Assembly: GCA_964236955.1 (NCBI GenBank) | Contig: CAXSGP010000060.1 | Span: 1-28,670 of the forward strand | Direction: 5' to 3' | From: an uncultured Oligoflexus sp. | GTDB lineage: Bacteria > Bdellovibrionota_B > Oligoflexia > Oligoflexales > Oligoflexaceae | DNA length: 28,670 nucleotides | In this document: piece after piece, positions 16,276-24,853 of the stretch | How positions within the stretch are numbered: position 1 is the stretch's first letter | Layout of the letters: each line of letters starts with the position of its first letter | The notes under the pieces: model-generated | What the model was told of the DNA's origin: nothing | The model's input: only the letters and a program-made list of their open reading frames with translations | The model's database searches: none | Made by a program: the position numbers and the translations under genes

Positions 16276-17406
16276 TTACTGGCCTAAGTTATGCCTGCCG
16301 ATAAGCTCGGCCGTCGCCGCTATCACGCGCTCGGGACTCACCTGATCGTAGCACTTGACAAGCTGGTCACAGGTCTTTTTCCAACAGGGCGAACAGGGGA
16401 CCGCCGCCTGCAATTTTACGCCCCGATCATAGACGTCGATCTCTTGAATGCAGCTCACTCCAAACCAGCAGATCACGGCTTTTTTAAGACCAAGCGCAAT
16501 GTGCAGCCCCAGCGAACAGCCGGAGAGGACAACATCGGTGGTATCCATCCACAACACTCCCGAGCGAAGGCCATCGGTCGTTGGGGTATTGACAACGGAG
16601 GGATCATTGGCAAAAAATTCTTTCATCGCCCTTTGCCGATCACTGTCCTCGGGACCACCGAGAAGTGCGACGCCCCAGTCCGGAAATTGGTTACGCCAGG
16701 CACCGATCATTTCGATCGCCCGCTCGAGGGTAAACTTTTTATAGGGAAAAAGCAGCGAACATCCCGTGTTGTAACCAATAATGCCCTTGGCTCCCGGTGG
16801 CAGAATCGCTGCACGGCGGCGCTGCACTTCCACTTTTTCCGCAGCCGATAGTTCGAGAATATAAGGGTCGCGCACCCACGGCAGCGCCATCGATTCGGTG
16901 ATCTGCTGCGTTTCGGATTTTTGATTGATGAAAAACTTAAGTTCATCGTCGAGGCCGACGGCGTATTGGTAAGCGGCCTCCGGATTGAAAGGCACGATCG
17001 TTCCTTGCGAGTTCAGGCCAAAACCCCGTTTTTCTTTGGCCTGAATGAGTTCCGCCAATGCTCCTGCCTCGATCGATTTATCGACGGCAAACAAGAGGTC
17101 AAACTGCAGATGATGCACGGTGTTGATTTGCGTGGAATCGGCAAGGAGGATGCGGTCGATAAAGGGATTATTATCAAGCAGGGCTTTAGTGTTTTTCAGG
17201 GTGATCCAGGTGATATGGCTCTGCGGGTAAGCTCTTTTGATAGCCGGCAGCAAACAGGTCGAACGCAGGACCGCCCCCATCGCCTCCAAACTGAGCAAGA
17301 CAATGCGCTCGCCGATCGGATCATAGTGAGGACACGCGTCGCAGCTGCGCTTGTAATGACAAGGCTTATAACCGTTGAAAAGGCGACAGTCGAATTTGTA
17401 TCCCAT
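16276..17406 (-). CDS. Glycosyltransferase family 9 (LPS heptosyltransferase-like)
   Basis: AMGAVLRSTCLLPAIK..YPQSHITWIT, LL..NP.ID, LLGGPED, SLGLHIALGL, PCSPCWKKTC. Likely start is ATG 17406. Confidence 0.88.
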   Translation of the reverse strand: MGYKFDCRLFNGYKPCHYKRSCDACPHYDPIGERIVLLSLEAMGAVLRSTCLLPAIKRAYPQSHITWITLKNTKALLDNNPFIDRILLADSTQINTVHHLQFDLLFAVDKSIEAGALAELIQAKEKRGFGLNSQGTIVPFNPEAAYQYAVGLDDELKFFINQKSETQQITESMALPWVRDPYILELSAAEKVEVQRRRAAILPPGAKGIIGYNTGCSLLFPYKKFTLERAIEMIGAWRNQFPDWGVALLGGPEDSDRQRAMKEFFANDPSVVNTPTTDGLRSGVLWMDTTDVVLSGCSLGLHIALGLKKAVICWFGVSCIQEIDVYDRGVKLQAAVPCSPCWKKTCDQLVKCYDQVSPERVIAATAELIGRHNLGQ

Positions 17407-17465
17407 AATCCCTACCCGGCTGCTATAGTTGATAAAAGACACCCACCAAAGGCACGTGGACGGCT

Positions 17466-18368
17466 ATGCTGGAAAACTATAAGTCTCATATTCGAATTGT
17501 CAGCCCCTCGAGCCGCTTCGATGCCAATCTTCTGTTGGCCCGCCTTGCGGAACTCGACAAAGAATTCCACGTGAGCTACCACAAAGTGGAAGGAGATCCA
17601 AGCTGGCCTTTCGCGGCAGGCAGTTTCAAGGCGCGGCTTGAGCAATTGAGCGCCGCGCTGCTGGCACCCGATGTCGACATTATCCTTGCCGCCCGCGGTG
17701 GCTATGGTGCCAGTGATCTTCTCCCGCATCTGCCGTGGACTCAACTTAAAAACGTCAAACCAAAGCTTCTGATCGGTTTCTCCGATATCTCGGCGCTGCA
17801 TTCAGCCCTCTATACGCAATTGGACTGGCCCTCGCTGCATGCGCCTATGCCTGGCACCGAACTTTGGCAAAAAAATGATCCCCGCGATGTCGACTGTCTG
17901 ATCGGCCTTATGCATGGCAGCCGCAGCCCGGTAGAATGGGAGGTCGAGTCCCTGCAGCAAAACCTGCCCCTTGCCACCGAGGGCTGGTCTTATGGCGGAT
18001 GCCTGGCTGTCCTTACCAATCTGATCGGGAGCCCCTACTTTCCCAAAACTCTCTTCGGTTCCATCCTCTTTTGGGAGGACATCGGCGAGCACCCGGCGCG
18101 AATCCTTCGGTTCATCAATCAATGGGTCCAGAGCCGGGCTTTGGAAGGGGTGCGTGGCATCGTTTTAGGCCGATTTGTCGGCTGCGAGGTCGCCGAGCTG
18201 TGCACTGAGGCTCAGCTTAAAAATGAAATAGCGACCCGACTTGATATTCCGGTTTGGTCGACCCAATTATTTGGTCATTGCGCTCCCAACTGGCCCCTGC
18301 CGATTGGCCTCAAGATGACTATCACCAATGGCAAGCTGCGCTGGAACCTTCCACCACTGGCGCTATAG
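17466..18368 (+). CDS. ldcA: LD-carboxypeptidase (peptidase S66)
   Basis: IVSPSS, ARGGYG, IGFSDISAL (Ser), WEDIGE (Glu), FGH (His); adjacent to mpl. Confidence 0.9.
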   Translation: MLENYKSHIRIVSPSSRFDANLLLARLAELDKEFHVSYHKVEGDPSWPFAAGSFKARLEQLSAALLAPDVDIILAARGGYGASDLLPHLPWTQLKNVKPKLLIGFSDISALHSALYTQLDWPSLHAPMPGTELWQKNDPRDVDCLIGLMHGSRSPVEWEVESLQQNLPLATEGWSYGGCLAVLTNLIGSPYFPKTLFGSILFWEDIGEHPARILRFINQWVQSRALEGVRGIVLGRFVGCEVAELCTEAQLKNEIATRLDIPVWSTQLFGHCAPNWPLPIGLKMTITNGKLRWNLPPLAL

Positions 18369-18377
18369 GAGACAGGT

Positions 18378-19841
18378 ATGGAACTGACGAAGGGCGATAG
18401 CGTTTATTTTATGGGGATCGGTGGCACGGGCATGGCATCAGTTGCGGGTCTGGCCCAGGAGGCCGGTTATGCCGTTAGCGGCAGCGATGCCAATCTTTAT
18501 CCACCGATGTCGACCATGCTGGAATCGCTCAGGATCAAGGTGCACACGCCCTATGATCCGAAAAATCTCGACGCCGTCAAACCCAAGCTCGTCGTCGTCG
18601 CCAATGCCCTCTCACGCAATCACGTGGAGCTTGAGGCGCTGCTCAAATCCACGACTCCCTACACGAGCTTTCCAGCCTTTCTTGGCGAGCATTTTCTTGG
18701 GCTGCGAAAGACCGTTGTGGTCGCCGGCACGCATGGAAAAACCACCACAACGTCGATCCTCACCTTTGTCCTCCTGCAGCTCGGCTGGGATCCCGGCTAT
18801 TTGATCGGCGGCATCCCCCGCGATCTCGAGCAAAGTTTTGCGCTGGGCACGGGCTCATTATTTGCGATTGAAGGCGATGAGTACGACACGGCGTTCTTTG
18901 ACAAAAACTCCAAGTTTTTGCACTATCGCCCAAAGTACCTCATTCTCAATAATATCGAATTTGATCACGCCGACATCTTCAAGGATCTGGCGGCGATCGA
19001 AACACAATTCACTGCCCTTTTGAAACTGATGGCCGATAAGAAGGCGGTGATTGCCAACGTCGATGACCCGGGCGTCGCCAAACTTCTGCGCGACCTGAAG
19101 CTGCGCGATCAGGTTACAGCGGTGGCAGCCAAGGGTCTTGCTCCCGACGCGCAGGTGCGGCTGCTCGATTTGCAGCCGCCGAAAAAAGGCGAACGCCACT
19201 GGCGGCTCAAGGTGCAGCTGGCCGACGGCCAGACGACGACGCTCAACACGACCCTGGCAGGACCCCACAATGCGGCCAATATCTGCCAGGTCCTGGCCTG
19301 CATCTGGCAGATTCATAAAGCTGGCGATGCCCCCGCCTTTCCCCTGGCGGAGATCGCAGCGGCCATCGAACAGTTTCAGGGCGTACAGCGTCGGCTCGAC
19401 AAGCTTTCGAGCGTCGGTGATATTGAAATATTCGAAGACTTTGCCCACCATCCGACGGCGGTTAAGGTCGTCATCGAATCGCTGCGGGCCCAGTACCCGG
19501 AGCGACGCCTCCTGGTAGCTTTTGAACCCAAAAATGCGACCAGCCGCCGCAGCATATTTATGAAAGACTTTGCCAATTCGCTGGCCCTGGCTGATCGCGT
19601 CTTTATTGGCGCATGTTCGGTCGATCCAAGAATCCCCAGCGACGAACGCATGAACACCACGGAAATGGCCCGCATGATTGGCACATCAGCCACAGCTTTC
19701 GACGATAATGAAGCTTTGCTCAACTCCCTACTGCAGACAGCGAAGTCTCACGACACAATTCTTTTTATGTCGAGCGGCAGTTTTTCTGGCATCCAGTATC
19801 GAATGGGTGACCGGCTTTCTGCTCAAAATTCCCGTATCTAA
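18378..19841 (+). CDS. mpl: UDP-MurNAc:L-Ala-gamma-D-Glu-mDAP ligase (murein peptide ligase)
   Basis: GIGGTGM, GSD.N.YPPMS, AGTHGKTTT, EGDEYDTAFFDK.SKFLHY, NNIEFDHADIF, DFAHHPTA, MSSGSF.G. Confidence 0.93.
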   Translation: MELTKGDSVYFMGIGGTGMASVAGLAQEAGYAVSGSDANLYPPMSTMLESLRIKVHTPYDPKNLDAVKPKLVVVANALSRNHVELEALLKSTTPYTSFPAFLGEHFLGLRKTVVVAGTHGKTTTTSILTFVLLQLGWDPGYLIGGIPRDLEQSFALGTGSLFAIEGDEYDTAFFDKNSKFLHYRPKYLILNNIEFDHADIFKDLAAIETQFTALLKLMADKKAVIANVDDPGVAKLLRDLKLRDQVTAVAAKGLAPDAQVRLLDLQPPKKGERHWRLKVQLADGQTTTLNTTLAGPHNAANICQVLACIWQIHKAGDAPAFPLAEIAAAIEQFQGVQRRLDKLSSVGDIEIFEDFAHHPTAVKVVIESLRAQYPERRLLVAFEPKNATSRRSIFMKDFANSLALADRVFIGACSVDPRIPSDERMNTTEMARMIGTSATAFDDNEALLNSLLQTAKSHDTILFMSSGSFSGIQYRMGDRLSAQNSRI

Positions 19842-19898
19842 GCCAGGAAACGACCGTCGCTAGCAGCTCGCACAGTGGCAGCTGGGTACAAAACTCAG

Positions 19899-19928
19899 TT
19901 GCTTTTTGTAGCTATTCATGATTACGAT
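19899..19928 (+). promoter_or_regulatory. Possible sigma70 promoter for pal
   Basis: TTGCTT-N18-TACGAT upstream of the pal start. Confidence 0.35.
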
Positions 19929-19981
19929 TGCGCTTTGTTGTATCGGATCTAAGTTCGATAATACTCTCAGGAGAAGACAGG

Positions 19982-20485
19982 ATGATCTTTCAATCGCGCA
20001 AAACTTTGGCTGCAGTTGCTGTAGCTATGAGCATCGGCCTAGTGGCTTGCTCCAATGATGAGAAAAAAGTAGAAGAAGTAGTTACTCCAGCTCCTGCAGA
20101 GCAACCAGCTACTCCTCCCGAAGCACCACCCGCAGCTCCCTCGACGGCCGAAGTAACAGCACCTGTTTACTTCGCATTTGACGACTACTCTTTGGATAGC
20201 GCGTCTCAGGGTCAGCTCAACACGCTGAACGAATACCTCAAAGCCAACGGCAAAGCTGTTGTGCAAATTGAAGGACACACTGACGAACGCGGTTCGGTTG
20301 AGTACAACTTGGCTCTCGGCCAACGTCGCGCTCAATCTGCTAAAAACTACCTCGTTCAATTGGGCACAGACGCAGGCCGTCTCCCAACAATCAGCTACGG
20401 CGAAGAGCGCCCAGCGGTTGAAGGTTCTGACGAAGCTGCGTGGGCAAAAAACCGCCGTGACGAATTCGTTCTTTCGAATCCATAA
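19982..20485 (+). CDS. pal: Peptidoglycan-associated lipoprotein
   Basis: Lipobox LVAC; VYFAFD, IEGHTDERGS.EYNLALGQRRA, ISYGEERP, AWAKNRR. SD AGGAGA precedes ATG 19982. Confidence 0.93.
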   Translation: MIFQSRKTLAAVAVAMSIGLVACSNDEKKVEEVVTPAPAEQPATPPEAPPAAPSTAEVTAPVYFAFDDYSLDSASQGQLNTLNEYLKANGKAVVQIEGHTDERGSVEYNLALGQRRAQSAKNYLVQLGTDAGRLPTISYGEERPAVEGSDEAAWAKNRRDEFVLSNP

Positions 20486-20493
20486 GTTAGTAC

Positions 20494-20531
20494 GGGCCCT
20501 CTGACTTTCGAGTCGTGGGGCTCTTTATCTT
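20494..20531 (+). terminator. Intrinsic terminator after pal
   Basis: GGGCCCT..GACT-TTCG-AGTC..GGGGCTC followed by TTTATCTT. Confidence 0.65.
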
Positions 20532-20676
20532 CTGCCAAAAAACCCACTATTCTCCTTCAAGAACAGCCGCTCATTGCATTCTTTTACCAGCCGAGCTAAC
20601 ATTCCAAATTCATTGCGTCAGCTCTCCTGGCTCTCTTTGAGTCCCGTCATTCATTTTTTCTGTGGAGGCATCCATT

Positions 20677-22242
20677 TTGGAATATTTGTTAAATGTCCTG
20701 TTGATCGTGGTCACTGCTATCGTGGTCTTTGTCTTAGTCTCTGCCATCAATAAAAAAAATCTCCGCAAAACCTTTGAGGCTGCCCAATCCGATAGCGAAC
20801 GCCTGCTCGTCGACGCTCAAGCGGAAAAAGAACGAGTGATACAAGAGGCCCATAATGAAGCCAAAAACGAGGCTAAAAACCGTCGCTTGCAGTTTGAAAC
20901 TGAAGCTAAAAAACGCCGCACGGAAATCACCAAGCTCGAAGCCAAAGTGAAATCCCGCGAAGAAACCATAGAGAAGAAGATCAGTCAGCTTGAGAAAAAG
21001 GAAGCTGATTTGGAAAAGATGACTCTGCACCTCAATAGCGAGGAGGAGCGTCTCAAAGGCCTTATTAAGGAATCCGAGCGCGCGGTTGAGGAAAACCGCC
21101 GCACCCTGGAAAGCATCGCCAATCTCTCTCAGGAAGAGGCGAAACGCGAATTGATCCGCTCGCTTGAGGTCGAAGCCAAAAGTGCCGCCCGGGAAACCCT
21201 GAAAAAAATCGAAGAGGATACCAAAACGGAAGGCGAGCGCATCGCCCGCTCGATGGTCAGCCTTTCGGTGCAGAGGGTTTCGTCAGAATACGTCAATGAT
21301 TCAACCGTGACCGTCGTCAGCCTGCCTTCAGATGAGATGAAAGGGCGTATTATTGGCCGTGAAGGCCGCAACATTCGCGCTATTGAGCAGGCTACCGGCG
21401 TCGACCTCATCATCGATGACACGCCCGAGGCTATTATTATCTCCTGCTTCAACCCGATTCGTCGGGAAATTGCCAACATTTCCCTGCAGCGCCTGATCGC
21501 AGATGGTCGGATTCACCCAGCCCGCATCGATGAAACCGTCAAAAAAGTAGCTGAAGAATTTGACCAGATTATTCAGGAAAATGGCGAGCAGGCGGCCTTT
21601 GATACCGGGATCACGGATCTGCATCCCGAACTCCTGCGGGCCCTCGGCAAACTCAAATATCGCACGGCCGGTGCCCAGACTGTTCTGCAGCATGCCGTAG
21701 AAGTCGCCCATATCTGTGGAATTATGGCCGGCGAAATGGGCCTTAACGTGAAAAAGGCAAAAAGGGTCGGGCTGCTGCATGATATTGGGAAAGCCGTCGA
21801 TCAGGAAACTGAGGGCCATCACTCAAAGATTGGTGGCGATCTCTGTGCCAAGTATAACGAGTCGCAAGAAGTTATTGACGCGGTTCTCAACCATCATAAT
21901 GAAGATCTGAACCGGGCTTACCCTCTCACCGTTATTGTCCATGCCGCTAATATTTTATCCGAGCGCCGTCCCGGTGCCCGTCGCGAAGTTCTTGAAACTT
22001 ATGTCAAACGCCTTCAAGACATGGAGGCGATCGTCAACTCGACCCGAGGTATTCAGGGATCTTATGTAATCCAGGCTGGACGCGAGATCCGCGCCCTGGT
22101 AACACCAGAGGGCATCAGCGACAGCGAAGTTGTCGACGTTGCGAATGAAATCGCTCATCGCCTTCGTAAAGAGCTTACCTTCCCTGGGCAGGTTAAGGTT
22201 ACTGTACTCCGCGAGAGCAAACATGCGGAATTTGCCAAATGA
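20677..22242 (+). CDS. rny: Ribonuclease Y
   Basis: N-terminal TM helix, coiled coil, KH domain (KGRIIGREGRNIR), HD domain (LLHDIGKA), RPGARRE, IQAGREIR, FPGQVKVTV.RE. GGAGG SD points to TTG 20677. Confidence 0.95.
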   Translation: MEYLLNVLLIVVTAIVVFVLVSAINKKNLRKTFEAAQSDSERLLVDAQAEKERVIQEAHNEAKNEAKNRRLQFETEAKKRRTEITKLEAKVKSREETIEKKISQLEKKEADLEKMTLHLNSEEERLKGLIKESERAVEENRRTLESIANLSQEEAKRELIRSLEVEAKSAARETLKKIEEDTKTEGERIARSMVSLSVQRVSSEYVNDSTVTVVSLPSDEMKGRIIGREGRNIRAIEQATGVDLIIDDTPEAIIISCFNPIRREIANISLQRLIADGRIHPARIDETVKKVAEEFDQIIQENGEQAAFDTGITDLHPELLRALGKLKYRTAGAQTVLQHAVEVAHICGIMAGEMGLNVKKAKRVGLLHDIGKAVDQETEGHHSKIGGDLCAKYNESQEVIDAVLNHHNEDLNRAYPLTVIVHAANILSERRPGARREVLETYVKRLQDMEAIVNSTRGIQGSYVIQAGREIRALVTPEGISDSEVVDVANEIAHRLRKELTFPGQVKVTVLRESKHAEFAK

Positions 22243-23078
22243 TTCGTGTACTCGCTGCTGGGGATGTCATAGGAAAGCCAGGGCGAAAAGCCTTGGCCAA
22301 ACTTCTGCCTCTCGCCCGTGAAACATTTCGCCCCGATATCGTCATAGTCAATGGTGAAAACGCCGCTGGGGGTTTCGGTCTCACCAAAAAAATTTACGAC
22401 CAATTCATCAATAATTTTGGCATTGACTGCGTGACGATGGGCAACCATTGGCACGATAAGCCGGAGATTCATCACTTTGCACCTACCGCAGAGCGCCTGG
22501 TGCTGCCAGCCAACATGATGAATGTTGGCGACAATGCCTTGGCCGTGCGAACCCTACAGACTGCTGATGGCACGCCCTATGCCGTTATCAATTTGATCGG
22601 TAAGGCTTTTATGCATCCCGACAACCGGGACTTCTTTAAACCCTTAGACGAGATCTTGGCAAATCTACCGAAGCAATGCAAAATCCGTATTGTCGATTTT
22701 CATGCCGAGGCAACCAGCGAAAAACAGGCCCTCGGCCACTACCTCAAGGGTCGCGCCTCGCTAGTCTATGGAACGCATAGCCATGTGCCGACCGCCGACG
22801 AGCGTATTTTTGCAGGTGGTACGGGCTTTACGACCGATCTGGGCATGACAGGCCCCTATGACTCTGTCATTGGTATTCGAGCCGAAGCGGCTCTGCTCCG
22901 GATGCAAACGGGCGACCGTAAACGCTTTGAGCCCGCGACAAATGATCTCTGGTTTTGTTTTGTGCTTGCTGACATCGACCCGACTGACGGAAAGTGCATC
23001 AAGATCGAACGGCATCGTTGGGAATGGGACGAAATTAAAAAGCGTCTTGATCTCGATGAGAATGAAGCAGACGTCTGA
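22239..23078 (+). CDS. ymdB: YmdB-family metallophosphoesterase
   Basis: GDVIG.PGR, NGENAAGG.G, MGNH, DFHAEATSEK, GTHSHVPTAD, GMTG; 4-nt overlap with rny, a conserved gene pair. Confidence 0.93.
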   Translation: MIRVLAAGDVIGKPGRKALAKLLPLARETFRPDIVIVNGENAAGGFGLTKKIYDQFINNFGIDCVTMGNHWHDKPEIHHFAPTAERLVLPANMMNVGDNALAVRTLQTADGTPYAVINLIGKAFMHPDNRDFFKPLDEILANLPKQCKIRIVDFHAEATSEKQALGHYLKGRASLVYGTHSHVPTADERIFAGGTGFTTDLGMTGPYDSVIGIRAEAALLRMQTGDRKRFEPATNDLWFCFVLADIDPTDGKCIKIERHRWEWDEIKKRLDLDENEADV

Positions 23079-23112
23079 AAAGGCACTGACTTTGGCCGGC
23101 GCGGTAAGCTGT

Positions 23113-23141
23113 TTGACTAAAACGTTTTGAGCGCATACGAT
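23113..23141 (+). promoter_or_regulatory. Near-consensus sigma70 promoter for the OMP gene
   Basis: TTGACT-N17-TACGAT, followed by a 5' UTR hairpin CAAGGGGAT/ATCCCCCTTG (23151-23179). Confidence 0.7.
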
Positions 23142-23208
23142 GCCGAGGTTCAAGGGGATGTTCCTCAAGATCCCCCTTGTCATCATCCCAGTCTTAGAAA
23201 GGACGCGC

Positions 23209-24768
23209 ATGAGCCGTCGTTCCCTTGCAATTACCTGTTTTACGGCCGCTCTGATGAGCACCCAGGCTTCTGCTATTTTTGTCGATGGTCACGGCTACTA
23301 CGGTGTTCGTGGCGAAGCTCGTACCAAGCCTGAAAACATTCCCGCGTCGAGCGCCAGCCAGACGATCGATCAGTTTTTCCGCCTCGATTCTGAACTCCGG
23401 GTCAACGACAAGACGAGTGCGATCCTCGAGTTTAAGATCTTCGACAATGCGCGCGAAAGCTATATGGGTGACCGCACCACGCCTCAGCCATGCCCGTCCG
23501 GCGCCAACAGCACCGATCCCAACTGCAAGATGAACGCTCAAAATAGCGTTGAGCCTCACTACGAACCGCTGGCTCCCAAGATTACCAAGGCCTATGTAAA
23601 ATACGCAATGGACTACTGTCTTCTCACGATCGGCCGCCGCGGTCGCCAATGGGGTATGGGACTCTTTCTCGATGATGGCTCCAAACCCTTTGCCACCGAT
23701 GCATCAGTGTTTGATGGCGTAACCTGTGACATCAACATTCAAAAATCGCAGACCCTTGGTTTCTCAGTCGGCTACGATAAGATTTCTGAAACGGGTGGAT
23801 CCGTTCTTTATTCAGGGGCCCCGTCGCGTGCTTATGGACCGACCGATAACGGGGATGACCTTGACCAACTCTTTTTAACCATCGAGTATAACGATCATCG
23901 CGCCAACGCCGGCAAAGCCTTTTCAAAGCAGATTGGCATCTATTTTGCCAATATCATCGGCGGTGATAACGCGAAGACCGATATCAAACTCGCCGATCTT
24001 TACGTGAACTTCCTCGTCAATAACTTTGTCTGGCAAAACGAAGTCTACTTCCGCCTCGGCAAAAGCGCCGACCCGAGCTTTGCGCTGCTGGGTGGCGTGC
24101 GGACGCGGACCGAGGAAGAGGGCAAAGTTGAAAACGATGTGCAATCGATCGCCCTCGCCGGCTCCCTCGATTTCTACCTCGCCCGCTCCGGCGCCTACAC
24201 GGGCCCCAAGGAATATAATCAGGGCACGGCCAGCAGCCAGTCGCTCTTCTTTAACTATGCCTATGCTCCTGGTGATAAGGACGGTTACCGCGACGAATAT
24301 CCTGCGGATCCGGGCCTACCGACCCAACGCGATAAAAAAGCCAGCGCCGTGGCGTTCCATAGAAACTTTAAGCCAGCCCTGCTTCTTTTCAACGGCCGTA
24401 AGAAAAATGACGACCGTCGCATCGATGGTGTCTACGACCCCTACCGCGTAATGAATGCTACGGTCTATAGCCTTGGCTATCGTTATCAGAGCATTGAATC
24501 CGGAGACTTTGAAGTCAAGGGCGTCACCGCTTCGCTCAATGAAGCCATGCCAAAGGACTTAGCTGATCTTAACCAAAAACGCGTCGGCTCCTATGGCACC
24601 AGCCTGGGTTTCGAGCTGGATCTGGCTTACAGTAAAAAAATCGGCAAAGACTTTGATTTTGGCGTGTCTGCGGCTGTCGGCATTCCAGGTGATGCCCAGC
24701 GCACCCGCACGGACAAAGACGCTGTAAATAACTATCTGCTGCAATCCTTTGCAGCCTTTCACTTCTAA
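23209..24768 (+). CDS. Outer-membrane beta-barrel (porin-like) protein
   Basis: Signal peptide ending AQASA-like (STQASA); alternating amphipathic strands (G.Y.VRGE, IGRRGRQWGMGL, GFELDLAYS); C-terminal F-x-F (AAFHF). SD AAAGGA precedes ATG 23209; the ATG at 23140 overlaps the -10 box. Confidence 0.8.
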   Translation: MSRRSLAITCFTAALMSTQASAIFVDGHGYYGVRGEARTKPENIPASSASQTIDQFFRLDSELRVNDKTSAILEFKIFDNARESYMGDRTTPQPCPSGANSTDPNCKMNAQNSVEPHYEPLAPKITKAYVKYAMDYCLLTIGRRGRQWGMGLFLDDGSKPFATDASVFDGVTCDINIQKSQTLGFSVGYDKISETGGSVLYSGAPSRAYGPTDNGDDLDQLFLTIEYNDHRANAGKAFSKQIGIYFANIIGGDNAKTDIKLADLYVNFLVNNFVWQNEVYFRLGKSADPSFALLGGVRTRTEEEGKVENDVQSIALAGSLDFYLARSGAYTGPKEYNQGTASSQSLFFNYAYAPGDKDGYRDEYPADPGLPTQRDKKASAVAFHRNFKPALLLFNGRKKNDDRRIDGVYDPYRVMNATVYSLGYRYQSIESGDFEVKGVTASLNEAMPKDLADLNQKRVGSYGTSLGFELDLAYSKKIGKDFDFGVSAAVGIPGDAQRTRTDKDAVNNYLLQSFAAFHF

Positions 24769-24798
24769 AAAAAGGGCTGCGCCCGCAGCCCTAGCTTT
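24767..24798. terminator. GC-rich hairpin after the OMP gene, possibly a bidirectional terminator
   Basis: A-run, AGGGCTGC-gccc-GCAGCCCT, then AGCTTT. Confidence 0.65.
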
Positions 24799-24853
24799 CC
24801 GCTCCCCAGCGATTTTCGTATAATCAAAACGACTATCCAAAGGGAGTGTCTTT

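Noticed and set aside
18378..19841. murC assignment
   Set aside because: EGDEYDTAFFDK and DFAHHPTA motifs plus ldcA linkage indicate Mpl, and the gene is not in a dcw cluster.
20486..20676. 6S RNA, which often lies upstream of rny
   Set aside because: Only a terminator and a pyrimidine-rich leader are present; there is no long rod with a central bubble.
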